From: Coleofasciculus sp. B1-GNL1-01
GTDB lineage: Bacteria > Cyanobacteriota > Cyanobacteriia > Cyanobacteriales > Coleofasciculaceae
Length of the DNA stretch: 64,000 nt
Strand: one strand, 5' to 3'
NCBI GenBank assembly: GCA_040220235.1
Contig: JAVJTO010000047.1
The notes below the pieces were generated by a model. The model saw only the letters and a list, made by a program, of their open reading frames with translations. It was not told where the DNA came from and made no database searches. Every line of letters starts with the position of its first letter. The stretch's first letter is position 1. A program made the translations under genes and the position numbers. Below, one piece after another: positions 51,177 through 60,524 of the stretch.

Positions 51177-51732
51177 AAGGTTCTCGTTTAATTAATTCAG
51201 CTAAACCTGGAATTTGTCTAAGTTTATTAAATATGGCATCTATATCCTGATTCCCTGATATAACCAGACGAATCTCTAGTGGTTCCTCGCGAATAGACGA
51301 TGTTATCGCTTTGCGGTATTTGGATTGATTGTTCTCTGTCGCTAAATCCAGATAGACTCTAACTTGCGCCCAATCCTTAATTGGCTTATTTGTCAATCGT
51401 TTGACATATTTATATAAGGTCTTAGAAAGAGCGGGTCTAACGGTACTTTTGTAACTAATATTAAATCGTTCAGCGATTTGTTCTGAACTGACGCCTTGTA
51501 GCAAAAGACAGAACCAACAAACTTCCTTGGGTGTGAGGGGTTGGGGTTGAATCTTTAGCTGCTGAATATCTGCATCGCTAATCTCTCCATCCCCTATATA
51601 CTCTTGCACCCCTTTTGCCCATGCCATATCGTTTAATAGCTGTTGCAAATGCCATTGTTCCTCCACAACTGGACATTCACGGCAATGGTGTTGATTGTTA
51701 GACGCAGGGCAACACTTCGTTAAATCGGGCAT
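51166..51732 (-). CDS. HTH-containing putative regulator
   Basis: LTPKEVCWFCLLLQGVSSEQIAERFNISYKSTVRPALSKTLY (LuxR/sigma4-like HTH); N-terminal Cys/His cluster. Confidence 0.65.
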   Translation of the reverse strand: MPDLTKCCPASNNQHHCRECPVVEEQWHLQQLLNDMAWAKGVQEYIGDGEISDADIQQLKIQPQPLTPKEVCWFCLLLQGVSSEQIAERFNISYKSTVRPALSKTLYKYVKRLTNKPIKDWAQVRVYLDLATENNQSKYRKAITSSIREEPLEIRLVISGNQDIDAIFNKLRQIPGLAELIKREPYDS

Positions 51733-51876
51733 CTTTTACCATACAACATCTAGGGTCATTTGTGCTAACCAACATGGGTTGGTGAATGTTCGGGCAAATA
51801 CCAACAACGATGGGTTAGAGAAATGAGAATCAATAGAGTCCAATGGACATAGACAAGTTCAGTGTACTCCTTCCCC

Positions 51877-52545
51877 ATGAAACTTAAACGTCTACCCATT
51901 GTACTCAGTAGTGTCAGCCTAGTAAGCTGCACGGCTGTTTCTCAACCGCCAACCCCACCACCGCCCCAACCTGGCGTCTGTCGCACTATCCACGGTGGAA
52001 GTGAACTCTCTCTCAACCGCCCCCTGCAAACTATCCGGGTTCCGGTGAGTCGGGAGAGTGCAACCGAAGGGTTTACCACGCTAATTCTACCTACCTCGGC
52101 GGAGAAAATGAGCATTCAGCTACTGATAGGAGACAAGAATGGATGGTCAATTCTGCCCAAAAATCAAGTCGTTGTTTGGCAAAATGCTAACACGCTGGAC
52201 TTTTCCCCCAACCTAAGAATTATAAAAGGCGATCGCAAACTTTTGGTGCTGAATCTTCCGGTTAATCATTTCACCCTAACTGTGCAACCTGTTGTCAATC
52301 CTGAAAGTCAGGTGGCGGGAACAACTCAAGTTTATCCTGTCACTCTTTCCGCCACAGGGATTACTTCCCCATTTCAATTCTTAGAGAATTCATTCACCCC
52401 AGGCAAATCCTTCCCCGCCTCTGTGAACTCAATTCTCAATCGCACTCAACCCGGTGATGTATTAATCCCCAATCGCTTTGCCCGTGAACTGACTCTCTCA
52501 GAAATTATGGGCGCTGAACTCAACCGTTGTCCTCGTTCTCACTAA
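51877..52545 (+). CDS. Putative lipoprotein
   Basis: MKLKRLPIVLSSVSLVSC lipobox-like N-terminus; Pro-rich linker. Confidence 0.65.
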   Translation: MKLKRLPIVLSSVSLVSCTAVSQPPTPPPPQPGVCRTIHGGSELSLNRPLQTIRVPVSRESATEGFTTLILPTSAEKMSIQLLIGDKNGWSILPKNQVVVWQNANTLDFSPNLRIIKGDRKLLVLNLPVNHFTLTVQPVVNPESQVAGTTQVYPVTLSATGITSPFQFLENSFTPGKSFPASVNSILNRTQPGDVLIPNRFARELTLSEIMGAELNRCPRSH

Positions 52546-52556
52546 TGGAGTGAATC

Positions 52557-52910
52557 ATGACTTCAACTCACGACTCTGCTGACAAAACTTCCACGGTTTT
52601 ACCTGAACAAGAAACAAAACCACCCTTGATTGACAACTCAAACCAACGACTGAAAGCAATCCTGACCTGGATAGGATTTGGTGGAATTTGGGGATTCTGG
52701 TGTATCTCGGCTTTGGGAACGTTTATCGCGTTAGAAATTCTCTTGGGCATTCTTGGCGGTGGCGTTAGCGGTAAATACAAACTCGATCTTTTTGGCTTCA
52801 AGGTTCCCACAAAAACTCTCGTTTCGACTATTTTTGCAGGTGCGATTGAAGTAGGCGGTCTGGGTGCGAGTTGGTTTAACCGGAAGCAAAAATCAGATGA
52901 ATTGGACTGA
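52557..52910 (+). CDS. Small membrane protein
   Basis: GGAG RBS; Gly-rich hydrophobic helices; operonic with the lipoprotein gene. Confidence 0.6.
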   Translation: MTSTHDSADKTSTVLPEQETKPPLIDNSNQRLKAILTWIGFGGIWGFWCISALGTFIALEILLGILGGGVSGKYKLDLFGFKVPTKTLVSTIFAGAIEVGGLGASWFNRKQKSDELD

Positions 52911-53012
52911 CGCTTAAAACCCAAATATCATTGTCCGGTGTTGGGTTTCGACTTCGCTCAACCCAACCTACACATTTTTGAATTCAATCACAGTTTCGCT
53001 TAACTAAGTCTC

Positions 53013-53699
53013 ATGCAACGTTTAATTTTACCTAAAATAACCCCTCCTTTAGTCGTCCACATTGGCATCGTTATTACCCAGTTCTTCCTATTCTCATCCG
53101 CCCTATCAATTGTCTTGTTGGGTCAATCTTCAACCATGGATTTTAATAGCTGGACAACAGAGGAAACTTTGGCTGAAGTTAAGACTGAATCACCGATTCC
53201 TTTTCCCTCTGATCCTCTATCTGCTGGTCTAATTTACAGTTTAGCCTTAACCGCCGCGATTTGCAGTTCCTGGGTGATTCCAGAGGTAGCTTTAGCGATG
53301 AGCGATCGCGTGACTTCTTTGCACTCTACTCCTAACCAGAATACCTCTGGGACATCTCCCGATCAACTGATTCCCGAAGACAGTAACACCGAGACTCAAG
53401 ATGAACCCAACAGCACTCAGGATATCAATATGAAAATGCTCAGATTTATTCAACAATTTAGGCAAGTTTTGGGACAGCAGATGCTGGAAGACAGCATTCA
53501 TCGCCAGCAAAGGTTTATCCATCAAACAATTGATACACTCAATGCCCAAAATGAGCAGTTAAATCAAGACTTGGAACGGGCAAAGACGTTACCACTAGAG
53601 ATTGTCGATCAGGTTCTCCAAGGGGAAGCGGTGCAATATATTCCCAATCTGGATGATTATATTGAGCAAGAAATACTCAAGCGCAACAAGCAGGACTGA
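53013..53699 (+). CDS. Membrane protein with C-terminal coiled coil
   Basis: Two hydrophobic segments, then a Gln/Glu-rich helical tail. Confidence 0.6.
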   Translation: MQRLILPKITPPLVVHIGIVITQFFLFSSALSIVLLGQSSTMDFNSWTTEETLAEVKTESPIPFPSDPLSAGLIYSLALTAAICSSWVIPEVALAMSDRVTSLHSTPNQNTSGTSPDQLIPEDSNTETQDEPNSTQDINMKMLRFIQQFRQVLGQQMLEDSIHRQQRFIHQTIDTLNAQNEQLNQDLERAKTLPLEIVDQVLQGEAVQYIPNLDDYIEQEILKRNKQD

Positions 53700-53739
53700 A
53701 TAACAAATTTTTGTGCTATTCAATTGGGCGCACATCAGT

Positions 53740-53891
53740 TAAGCTGTTCGGCATTTAAACCTTAATATCAATAATAACGAAATCCTTGCCGTAGTGCGTT
53801 AAGCGAAGCCATGCCGCAGGCTTTGCATCTTGCTCGCTACATTGAGCATCTTGCTCGCTACCAATACCAAATTTAAATGCATGACAGCTTA
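53740..53891. mobile_element. MITE (TAAGCTGT...ACAGCTTA), copy 2, inverted relative to 50092-50219
   Basis: Shares GCGAAGCCATGCCGCAGGCTTTGCATCTTGCTCGCTAC; carries an extra internal duplication. Confidence 0.75.
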
Positions 53892-54082
53892 TCCGTATCA
53901 ACTTAAGTCTCTGCTAATAGACGTTCCACCGGAACTTCCTCTATTTTCCCTGCTTTATCTAAGCGTTTTAGTCCCTAAATTCGGTTGGGTTGTCTGGCGT
54001 CAACCCAACCTACACCTGATTCCACTTTTTTAACGATTAATGCAAACGAATCACCCCTACACAAAAACCCGTAACCTTAGCA

Positions 54083-54736
54083 TTAATTAACAATTACATA
54101 TTCCCTAAACTTAGGACGAAAGCGAACCAAACAACGCTGGTAAAAACTGTTTAGGGTCGATATCTTAATCCCCAACTCGTTAGAAATTTCTTTCCAGGAG
54201 TAGCCAGCCATCACCTTGAGGGCTAAAAACTTGAAATTAGCGACAGGCTGATTCACAATATGGGTACTTTGGAAAATTCCTTCTGGATCTTCCTGCAAAA
54301 CATCAATGACTTCTTGTAAAATCGAAGGCGTTGATGAATGAGTAAATTGTAGTGACGTTTTTTGTTCCAGTTGTTCCAGCGTTAATCGAGTCACTTGACG
54401 CTGGTATGCCCGCTGAAACCCCTTGGGCATCACTTCACGACTGGCTTCGATAAAAAACCGCTTTGCGAATAGAAAGTTGACCCAGGATAAGACCTCATAT
54501 TGCGGATTATACCTATCAATGTTTTCGCAGATATAACAAAATAGTTTTTGCTGGGCTTCGGCATAGATATCGTCATAAAAACCTCTAAATTTACCTTTAT
54601 ACGGACGGCAAAGCCTACCCGATTGTAAAATTTCTTTGATCAATTTAGCTAGAGCCAGTCGTCTGTTTTGGCTTTTCGCCGGAGATTGCTGGGCGGTGAG
54701 AGCCAGTTGTTTTAGGCGGGCGTTGAGTTCGTTCAT
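54083..54736 (-). CDS. Cyanobacterial sigma-70-like (ECF-like) protein
   Basis: YAEAQQKLFCYICENIDRYNP..VLSWVNF (region-2-like); GYSWKEISNELGIKISTLNSFYQRCL (region-4 HTH). Confidence 0.72.
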   Translation of the reverse strand: MNELNARLKQLALTAQQSPAKSQNRRLALAKLIKEILQSGRLCRPYKGKFRGFYDDIYAEAQQKLFCYICENIDRYNPQYEVLSWVNFLFAKRFFIEASREVMPKGFQRAYQRQVTRLTLEQLEQKTSLQFTHSSTPSILQEVIDVLQEDPEGIFQSTHIVNQPVANFKFLALKVMAGYSWKEISNELGIKISTLNSFYQRCLVRFRPKFREYVIVN

Positions 54737-55162
54737 GGGTGGGGTGTCGTTATACTGGAAACAAGGTGGTTTAATAGCTTGCTGACAGTATCGAACGCCC
54801 TTTGGATGACTTCAATGGGAAAAAGTCGGATGGTTCGCTGAGGCTCGTATCAGGTTTTGTCAGTTCCGGGGGTAAGTAACATCAGGAAAAGTCTGTCATT
54901 TGTCATTCGTCATTCGTCATACTCGCTCCCTTGAGAAGCAAGCTACGTCATTTGTGGAAGAGTGCTTGCACTCCATTGGGGCGGGTTTAGTAACATTCGG
55001 GTGAAAACGAAACGTTAACGGTAAAACCCGCCCCTACAACAGACGTTCCATCTCCCCCTGCTCCCCCTGCTCCCCCTGCTCCCCCTGCTCCCCCATCTTC
55101 CCCAACTCCCCATCCCCCCATCCTCAAAGCTAAACTGGTAACATCTCAATCACTAACCTGAG

Positions 55163-56164
55163 ATGCAAACGATCGCCATTACTCTTACGGATGACCACTG
55201 GGTGAAGTTGCAAGGCATGGCAGCTCACCTAGACACTTCCCCTGAAACCTTGATTTTGATGGGTGTTGAGCAGATTCTCACTCATACCCCCTCTTCAACA
55301 TCAGCGTCAGAATCACAGCCACAACAGAGTCTTCCTGAATACCCTCAACTCAACTCGGAAATGGACAAACGCAAGCAAGGCGAAGCCGAAATTCTGCAGG
55401 CTTTAGCCAAAGAGAAACAACGGGGAGACTTAAAATCTCAGGTTCTATCCATCACTTCTCATGAGTTCCGCACACCCCTGACGACGATTCTGTCTACGGC
55501 TGAATTGTTGGAACATTACCAATGGACAAAAGCTGAACAAGTAGAACAGTTGCATCTGATTCAGGAAACCGTACAACAGATGCTGCAATTGTTAGAAAAT
55601 ATGCAGTTCGTCGGTACGGCTGATGTGGAACAACTCCTTTTTACTCCCGCCCCTGTGGAACTCCATGACTTTTGCCAACAGTTAGTGACTCAGATTCAGC
55701 AAGGTTTAACCGTCAAACACTTAACCGATGATCCCAATCAAGCCTATACTCTCACCTTCATGAGTCAAGTTACTTGTTTACCCGCCATGATGGATGAAAA
55801 ACTGCTGCGACAAATGCTGTCTAACTTGCTATCCAATGCGATTAAATACTCTCCGGTGGGCGGTACGATTCGATTCAACTTAGCCCGTGAGGGAGAGAAT
55901 GCTTGCTTTGAGATTCAGGATCAGGGAATTGGTATCCCGGTAGAGGATATACCCCACCTGTTTGATTTTTTCTATCGGGGTAACAATGTGGGCGCGATCG
56001 CGGGAACAGGATTGGGGTTAGCAATTGTTAAGCAATGTGTTGATCTGCACCAGGGACAAATTGATGTAACCAGTGACATTGGTGTAGGTACGACGTTTAC
56101 GGTTCGCTTACCTTTAATCAGCGATCGCCAGGGAAAAATGCCAGAGTCAGCAGACTGGGGCTAG
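55163..56164 (+). CDS. Cytoplasmic sensor histidine kinase
   Basis: SHEFRTPL, NLLSNAIKYS, DQGIGI, GTGLGL. Confidence 0.9.
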   Translation: MQTIAITLTDDHWVKLQGMAAHLDTSPETLILMGVEQILTHTPSSTSASESQPQQSLPEYPQLNSEMDKRKQGEAEILQALAKEKQRGDLKSQVLSITSHEFRTPLTTILSTAELLEHYQWTKAEQVEQLHLIQETVQQMLQLLENMQFVGTADVEQLLFTPAPVELHDFCQQLVTQIQQGLTVKHLTDDPNQAYTLTFMSQVTCLPAMMDEKLLRQMLSNLLSNAIKYSPVGGTIRFNLAREGENACFEIQDQGIGIPVEDIPHLFDFFYRGNNVGAIAGTGLGLAIVKQCVDLHQGQIDVTSDIGVGTTFTVRLPLISDRQGKMPESADWG

Positions 56165-56509
56165 AGATTAGCATTGAGACTCGCGCCTTTTCTCTAAAAA
56201 CGGCGACAACTATCCACATCTGGGGTCATAAAAATTACAATCAACATCCAATTATTTTCTCTAGAAAAAGAAAAAACAGTAACAAATATCAATAAATTTC
56301 TATGGGTTTTAACGGTTTAATTTTAAAATACTGTACATAACCATCAACAAACATCTAAGTCATCATTTTTCCTGGCTTCGACAAGCCCAAATTTTTACCA
56401 GGATTGGGTTCTACCGCCTAACGTCTAACCTGTTCAACCGGAAAGCGATAATACTCGCCTCGTTTTCCAACTTGCTCCCATTGGGCGAGATATCCAGCGA
56501 GCTATAGTC

Positions 56510-58192
56510 ATGACGACGATTTTAGTAATTGAAGACGAAAAAGCCATCCACAGGAATCTACTTAAACTACTGAATGCCGAAGGATTCGAGACGCTCAGTG
56601 CCGATAATGGTAACACAGGGGTGCAATTGGCTCAAACTCAACAACCTGATTTGATTATCTGCGATATCCTGATGCCGGGATTAGATGGTTATGGTGTACT
56701 CCATATCCTACAACAAGACCCCTCAACGGCGACAATTCCCTTTATCTTCCTCACCGCCAAGACAAAACAAGCGGATATGCGCCAAGGTATGACATTGGGG
56801 GCGGATGATTACCTGACTAAGCCCTTTACTCGCGCCCAAATCCTCAGTGCGATCGAGGCGCGATTACAAAAGGTAAAATTACGCCAACAGCAGTCTGTTA
56901 TCAATCCAAATCTGCCCAATCGTCGGTTACTCCAGAAACGCTTTAATCAGCTAGATAAACCGGGAAATCAGGGTAAACTCCAGATTTTCCTCTTGTCGCT
57001 GGAAATTGAACAACTTAACCAACTCAACAATAACCTAGGACTTACCATTGGTGATCAATTACTCCAAGCCGTTGTCGAACGCTTAAACCGTCAGTTAGGA
57101 CAGGAGGATGCGATCGCTCAAATCGGTAGCAATCATTTTATCATTCTCTTGAGTCGAAGTTATCACCAACCTGAGAGGATTCAACTTGTCGAAACCTTGC
57201 TAGAGGCGTTTGATTCGCCGTTTCAGGTAGGCTCTCATCAAATCTTCCGATCTGCCTACATTGGTATTGCTATTTTAGGACGTGATGGTCGAGATCTCGA
57301 CACCCTAATTAGACACGCTAGTGTCGCCAGAGAAGAAGCTAAACAACTGGGGAATCGTCGCTATCAGTTTTACATTGCTTCAATTGGCGCAAAATCCCAA
57401 GAAGCGTTTGAGTTAGAAGCCCAAATGCGTCAAGCCTTAGAACGGCAGGAATTTCAGCTTTATTATCAACCGAAAGTCAATCTGCTCACCGGACAGATTG
57501 AGGGGGCGGAAGCCTTAGTGCGCTGGAATCATCCCCAACGGGGGATTATTTCGCCCGTTGAATTTATTCCCTTAGCCGAAAAAACCGGGCTAATTGTGCC
57601 ATTGGGCGAATGGGTACTCAGACAAGCTTGTCACCAAGCGCGAGTCTGGCAAGATCAGGGAATTTATCCCTTACGAATTGCTGTTAATTTATCCCCTCGT
57701 CAGTTTAATCAATCTAATTTAGCTAATTTTGTTGTAGACATTCTCCAGGAAACGGGATTGAATCCCCATTATTTAGAGTTAGAACTGACCGAAAGTACAT
57801 TAGTGCAAAATCCCGATACCGCAATTGCGACATTAAAGCAATTTCAATCTTTAGGAATTCGCATTTCTATTGATGATTTTGGTACAGGATATTCGGCGCT
57901 AAGTCAGTTAACAAAATTTCCCTTTGATGTCTTAAAAATTGACCGTTCCTTTGTCTGTAAAGTGACTGAAAATAGTCGGGATGAAGCGATTACAACAGCA
58001 ATTTTAGACATGGCTCGTAGACTCAATTTAAAGGTTGTCGCCGAAGGGGTGGAGACGCTCAGTCAATTGAATTTCCTCAAAGGACATCAGTGTGATGAAA
58101 TCCAGGGGTATTGGTTTAGTCCGCCTTTATCGGCTGAGGCGTTTGCTGATTTGCTGAGTACGGGAAAAAAGTTTCCCCTATTGTCAAGTTAA
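56510..58192 (+). CDS. Response regulator REC - degenerate GGDEF - EAL phosphodiesterase
   Basis: REC (IEDE, CDILMP, KPF); IGSNHF in place of GGDEF; EALVRW, ELELTE, DDFGTGYS, AEGVE, QGY. Confidence 0.9.
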   Translation: MTTILVIEDEKAIHRNLLKLLNAEGFETLSADNGNTGVQLAQTQQPDLIICDILMPGLDGYGVLHILQQDPSTATIPFIFLTAKTKQADMRQGMTLGADDYLTKPFTRAQILSAIEARLQKVKLRQQQSVINPNLPNRRLLQKRFNQLDKPGNQGKLQIFLLSLEIEQLNQLNNNLGLTIGDQLLQAVVERLNRQLGQEDAIAQIGSNHFIILLSRSYHQPERIQLVETLLEAFDSPFQVGSHQIFRSAYIGIAILGRDGRDLDTLIRHASVAREEAKQLGNRRYQFYIASIGAKSQEAFELEAQMRQALERQEFQLYYQPKVNLLTGQIEGAEALVRWNHPQRGIISPVEFIPLAEKTGLIVPLGEWVLRQACHQARVWQDQGIYPLRIAVNLSPRQFNQSNLANFVVDILQETGLNPHYLELELTESTLVQNPDTAIATLKQFQSLGIRISIDDFGTGYSALSQLTKFPFDVLKIDRSFVCKVTENSRDEAITTAILDMARRLNLKVVAEGVETLSQLNFLKGHQCDEIQGYWFSPPLSAEAFADLLSTGKKFPLLSS

Positions 58193-58277
58193 ATCGATTG
58201 ACCCAATAAAATCTCAGTGTTCTGATTACAGTCCTCTTCATATCACAGGCGTTTAAACATTGCTTTAGCTTCTCGAT

Positions 58278-58652
58278 TTATAATGTCCCCTGAGATGGGC
58301 AATAGGCAACCTGACGAATTTCCTCTAAAACCACCTCCAGATTAGTCATAACATCTTGATTTTGGTAGCGAATCACTCGATAACCATAAGCTTCTAAATG
58401 TTTTGTTCTCGTTGTATCATAGTCCTGTCGTTGCTGATGAATTGCCCCATCAACTTCAACAACCAGTTTGCATTCTGGGCAGTAGAAATCGACTATAAAA
58501 TGCCCAATAGGATGCTGACGGCGAAATTTTAAGCCATTGAGTTTTCGTCCTCTCAAAGCTTGCCATAGTTTTTGTTCGGCTGGAGTCTGAGTTTGACGAA
58601 GTTGCTTGGCGGCGGCTTCAATGTGAGGTGTGGTTCCTCGGATTCTTGTCAT
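58278..58652 (-). CDS. DUF559 (Vsr-like) endonuclease domain protein
   Basis: TPAEQKLWQALR, KFRRQHPIG.FIVDFYC, VEVDGAIH. Confidence 0.88.
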   Translation of the reverse strand: MTRIRGTTPHIEAAAKQLRQTQTPAEQKLWQALRGRKLNGLKFRRQHPIGHFIVDFYCPECKLVVEVDGAIHQQRQDYDTTRTKHLEAYGYRVIRYQNQDVMTNLEVVLEEIRQVAYCPSQGTL

Positions 58653-58772
58653 TGTTTCAGCCCTCATCCCCTAACCCCTTCTCCCAAATTTGGGAGAAGG
58701 GGAACCGGACTATTGTAATAATTTCCTTTCAGTTTACTACAAATTCAGATGTGCAAGATTTGACTGTTTTAT

Positions 58773-59924
58773 TTATCCGACTCCCCCTCTCCCAGACTTG
58801 GGAGAGGGGGCTGGGGGGTGAGGGCGAAACGTCCATTCCTGATTGCCAATGCGGATAATATTCCCTGGCGTTAGGCTACAAGGCTGATGGGGAGTAAGCC
58901 GTTGTCCGTTGACAAATGTACCATTAGAACTACCCACATCAGTTAACTGGTACTGAATTTGACCCTGAGCATCTCTGGATTGGGTAATCTGAGCATGATA
59001 GCGGGAACTTAACCCATCATCCAGAACCAAAGTATTATTCGGTTCTCGTCCAATCGTGCAGGTGCTGACGGATAAATTGAATGTCGCACCCGATGCGTTG
59101 TGAACTAGATGCGCCTGTACTCCACTAGCGGGTTGGGCAATTATCGTGGGCGCTAATACGGGTTTATCTCTTACAGGTAACTTGGCTGGGGATTCTTCGG
59201 CGCTGGGTAAGGAATTGGGTTGAGGAGAAGTACCGAAAGCGGGAGGGTTCCCATTCGGGGACTGTGGTGCAACAATATTAACGTGCTGTATAGGCGGTGG
59301 GGGGATAACCGGACGATTTGCTTCGGCGATTTGCATTTTTAAGGCGGCTTCGTGTTCCGCTTCCTGTCGCGCACTCATTCCCTCAACTTGACGAATAATT
59401 CCTTTCGTCTGGGGAAAGTTGATATCACTGACTCGCACGTCTTCTAGGGCAAAGCCTAGGGAATAGGATATCTCGGCATGGTCAAGTAGGTATTGTCGGA
59501 TATGGACTCGTCCCTGGTTTACTAATTGTTCCATCCGCAATTGACCCACTGCTACCCCTAAATTATCTTTTACCGCACTCGTCAGCGCTGCAATGGGATC
59601 GGAGAGTTCCAGGGCTACCCGTCTCGCATCCACGACTTGGTACATGACGTTGAGGGAGATATTAATCAAATATTGGTCACGGGATAAGAAATCTCCTTGG
59701 GAGACGATTTCCAGGTTGCGAATCTTGCTATCAACCAGAACCAGTTCACATTGTTCGAGAAGGGGTAAGGCGAAGCTGAAATGACGCCCCGGTTTCAATT
59801 TGCGGACAAATTTCCCATTTTTGACCAACAAACCGGTATAACCTGCGCCGATAAAGTCCATACTCCACCCAACCCAGCGTTCTGGGTTTAGCGTTTGGAT
59901 AAGGGGGGAAGTGGTGCTAGACAT
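58773..59924 (-). CDS. SPFH (band 7) + FHA domain protein
   Basis: N-terminal SPFH-like region (GKFVRKLKPGRHF...VMYQVVD); C-terminal FHA (IGRE, SRYHA, DVGSSNGTFVNG); ATG at 59924. Confidence 0.8.
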   Translation of the reverse strand: MSSTTSPLIQTLNPERWVGWSMDFIGAGYTGLLVKNGKFVRKLKPGRHFSFALPLLEQCELVLVDSKIRNLEIVSQGDFLSRDQYLINISLNVMYQVVDARRVALELSDPIAALTSAVKDNLGVAVGQLRMEQLVNQGRVHIRQYLLDHAEISYSLGFALEDVRVSDINFPQTKGIIRQVEGMSARQEAEHEAALKMQIAEANRPVIPPPPIQHVNIVAPQSPNGNPPAFGTSPQPNSLPSAEESPAKLPVRDKPVLAPTIIAQPASGVQAHLVHNASGATFNLSVSTCTIGREPNNTLVLDDGLSSRYHAQITQSRDAQGQIQYQLTDVGSSNGTFVNGQRLTPHQPCSLTPGNIIRIGNQEWTFRPHPPAPSPKSGRGGVG

Positions 59925-60524
59925 GAGCGGTTCGTGAGTAACAGGAGTGGGCAGGTTATGTATTTTTAGACTAACAAAGCTTGGCTGGATTCCGGCATGG
60001 CAATGATGACGGGATGGATAGCCGTTCGGTTTCGGGTTCGTTCCCCGCTGAGTATCGCCTATTACCAGAAAACATTGTAGGGGCGACCCGCCGCACACAA
60101 TTTACACCGCCCAGCCATTAATTGGATCGGGTCGCCCTCCAGAGGATATCGGTCATTAAAAACCCATACAAAATAGCGAGCGAGACGCTCGCACTACAAC
60201 CGTTTACCGTTCTCTATTCCCTGTTCTCCTTTCCCTATCTTCACCACAATCCCAACCTTTACAGCGCTTTTCACGTTTATGGAATACAAAATTGTATCGG
60301 CTTGCTTTTCAGCGCAATGATCGTCTGTAGTCTACTAACTTGAAAACTGCTGTAATTAGCTGACCCGCTTACATAAAAAGGGCGAGTCGAGACAGGTTAA
60401 TTCTCACACCGCCTGACTTTGTGCAGCGACTCGCCCCTACAATACAATATTTATTTGAAAACTCTCTATCTGTTAGTCCGCGATCGCTTACAGGAGGAAA
60501 ACCGGATTCAACCGGATAGGATAT

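Noticed and set aside
52568..52924. 118-aa minus-strand ORF and the many other short antisense/overlapping ORFs in the track
   Set aside because: Shadows of better-supported genes on the other strand or frame; no motifs or RBS
56900..57370. Active diguanylate cyclase
   Set aside because: GGDEF is replaced by GSNHF; only the EAL domain looks catalytic
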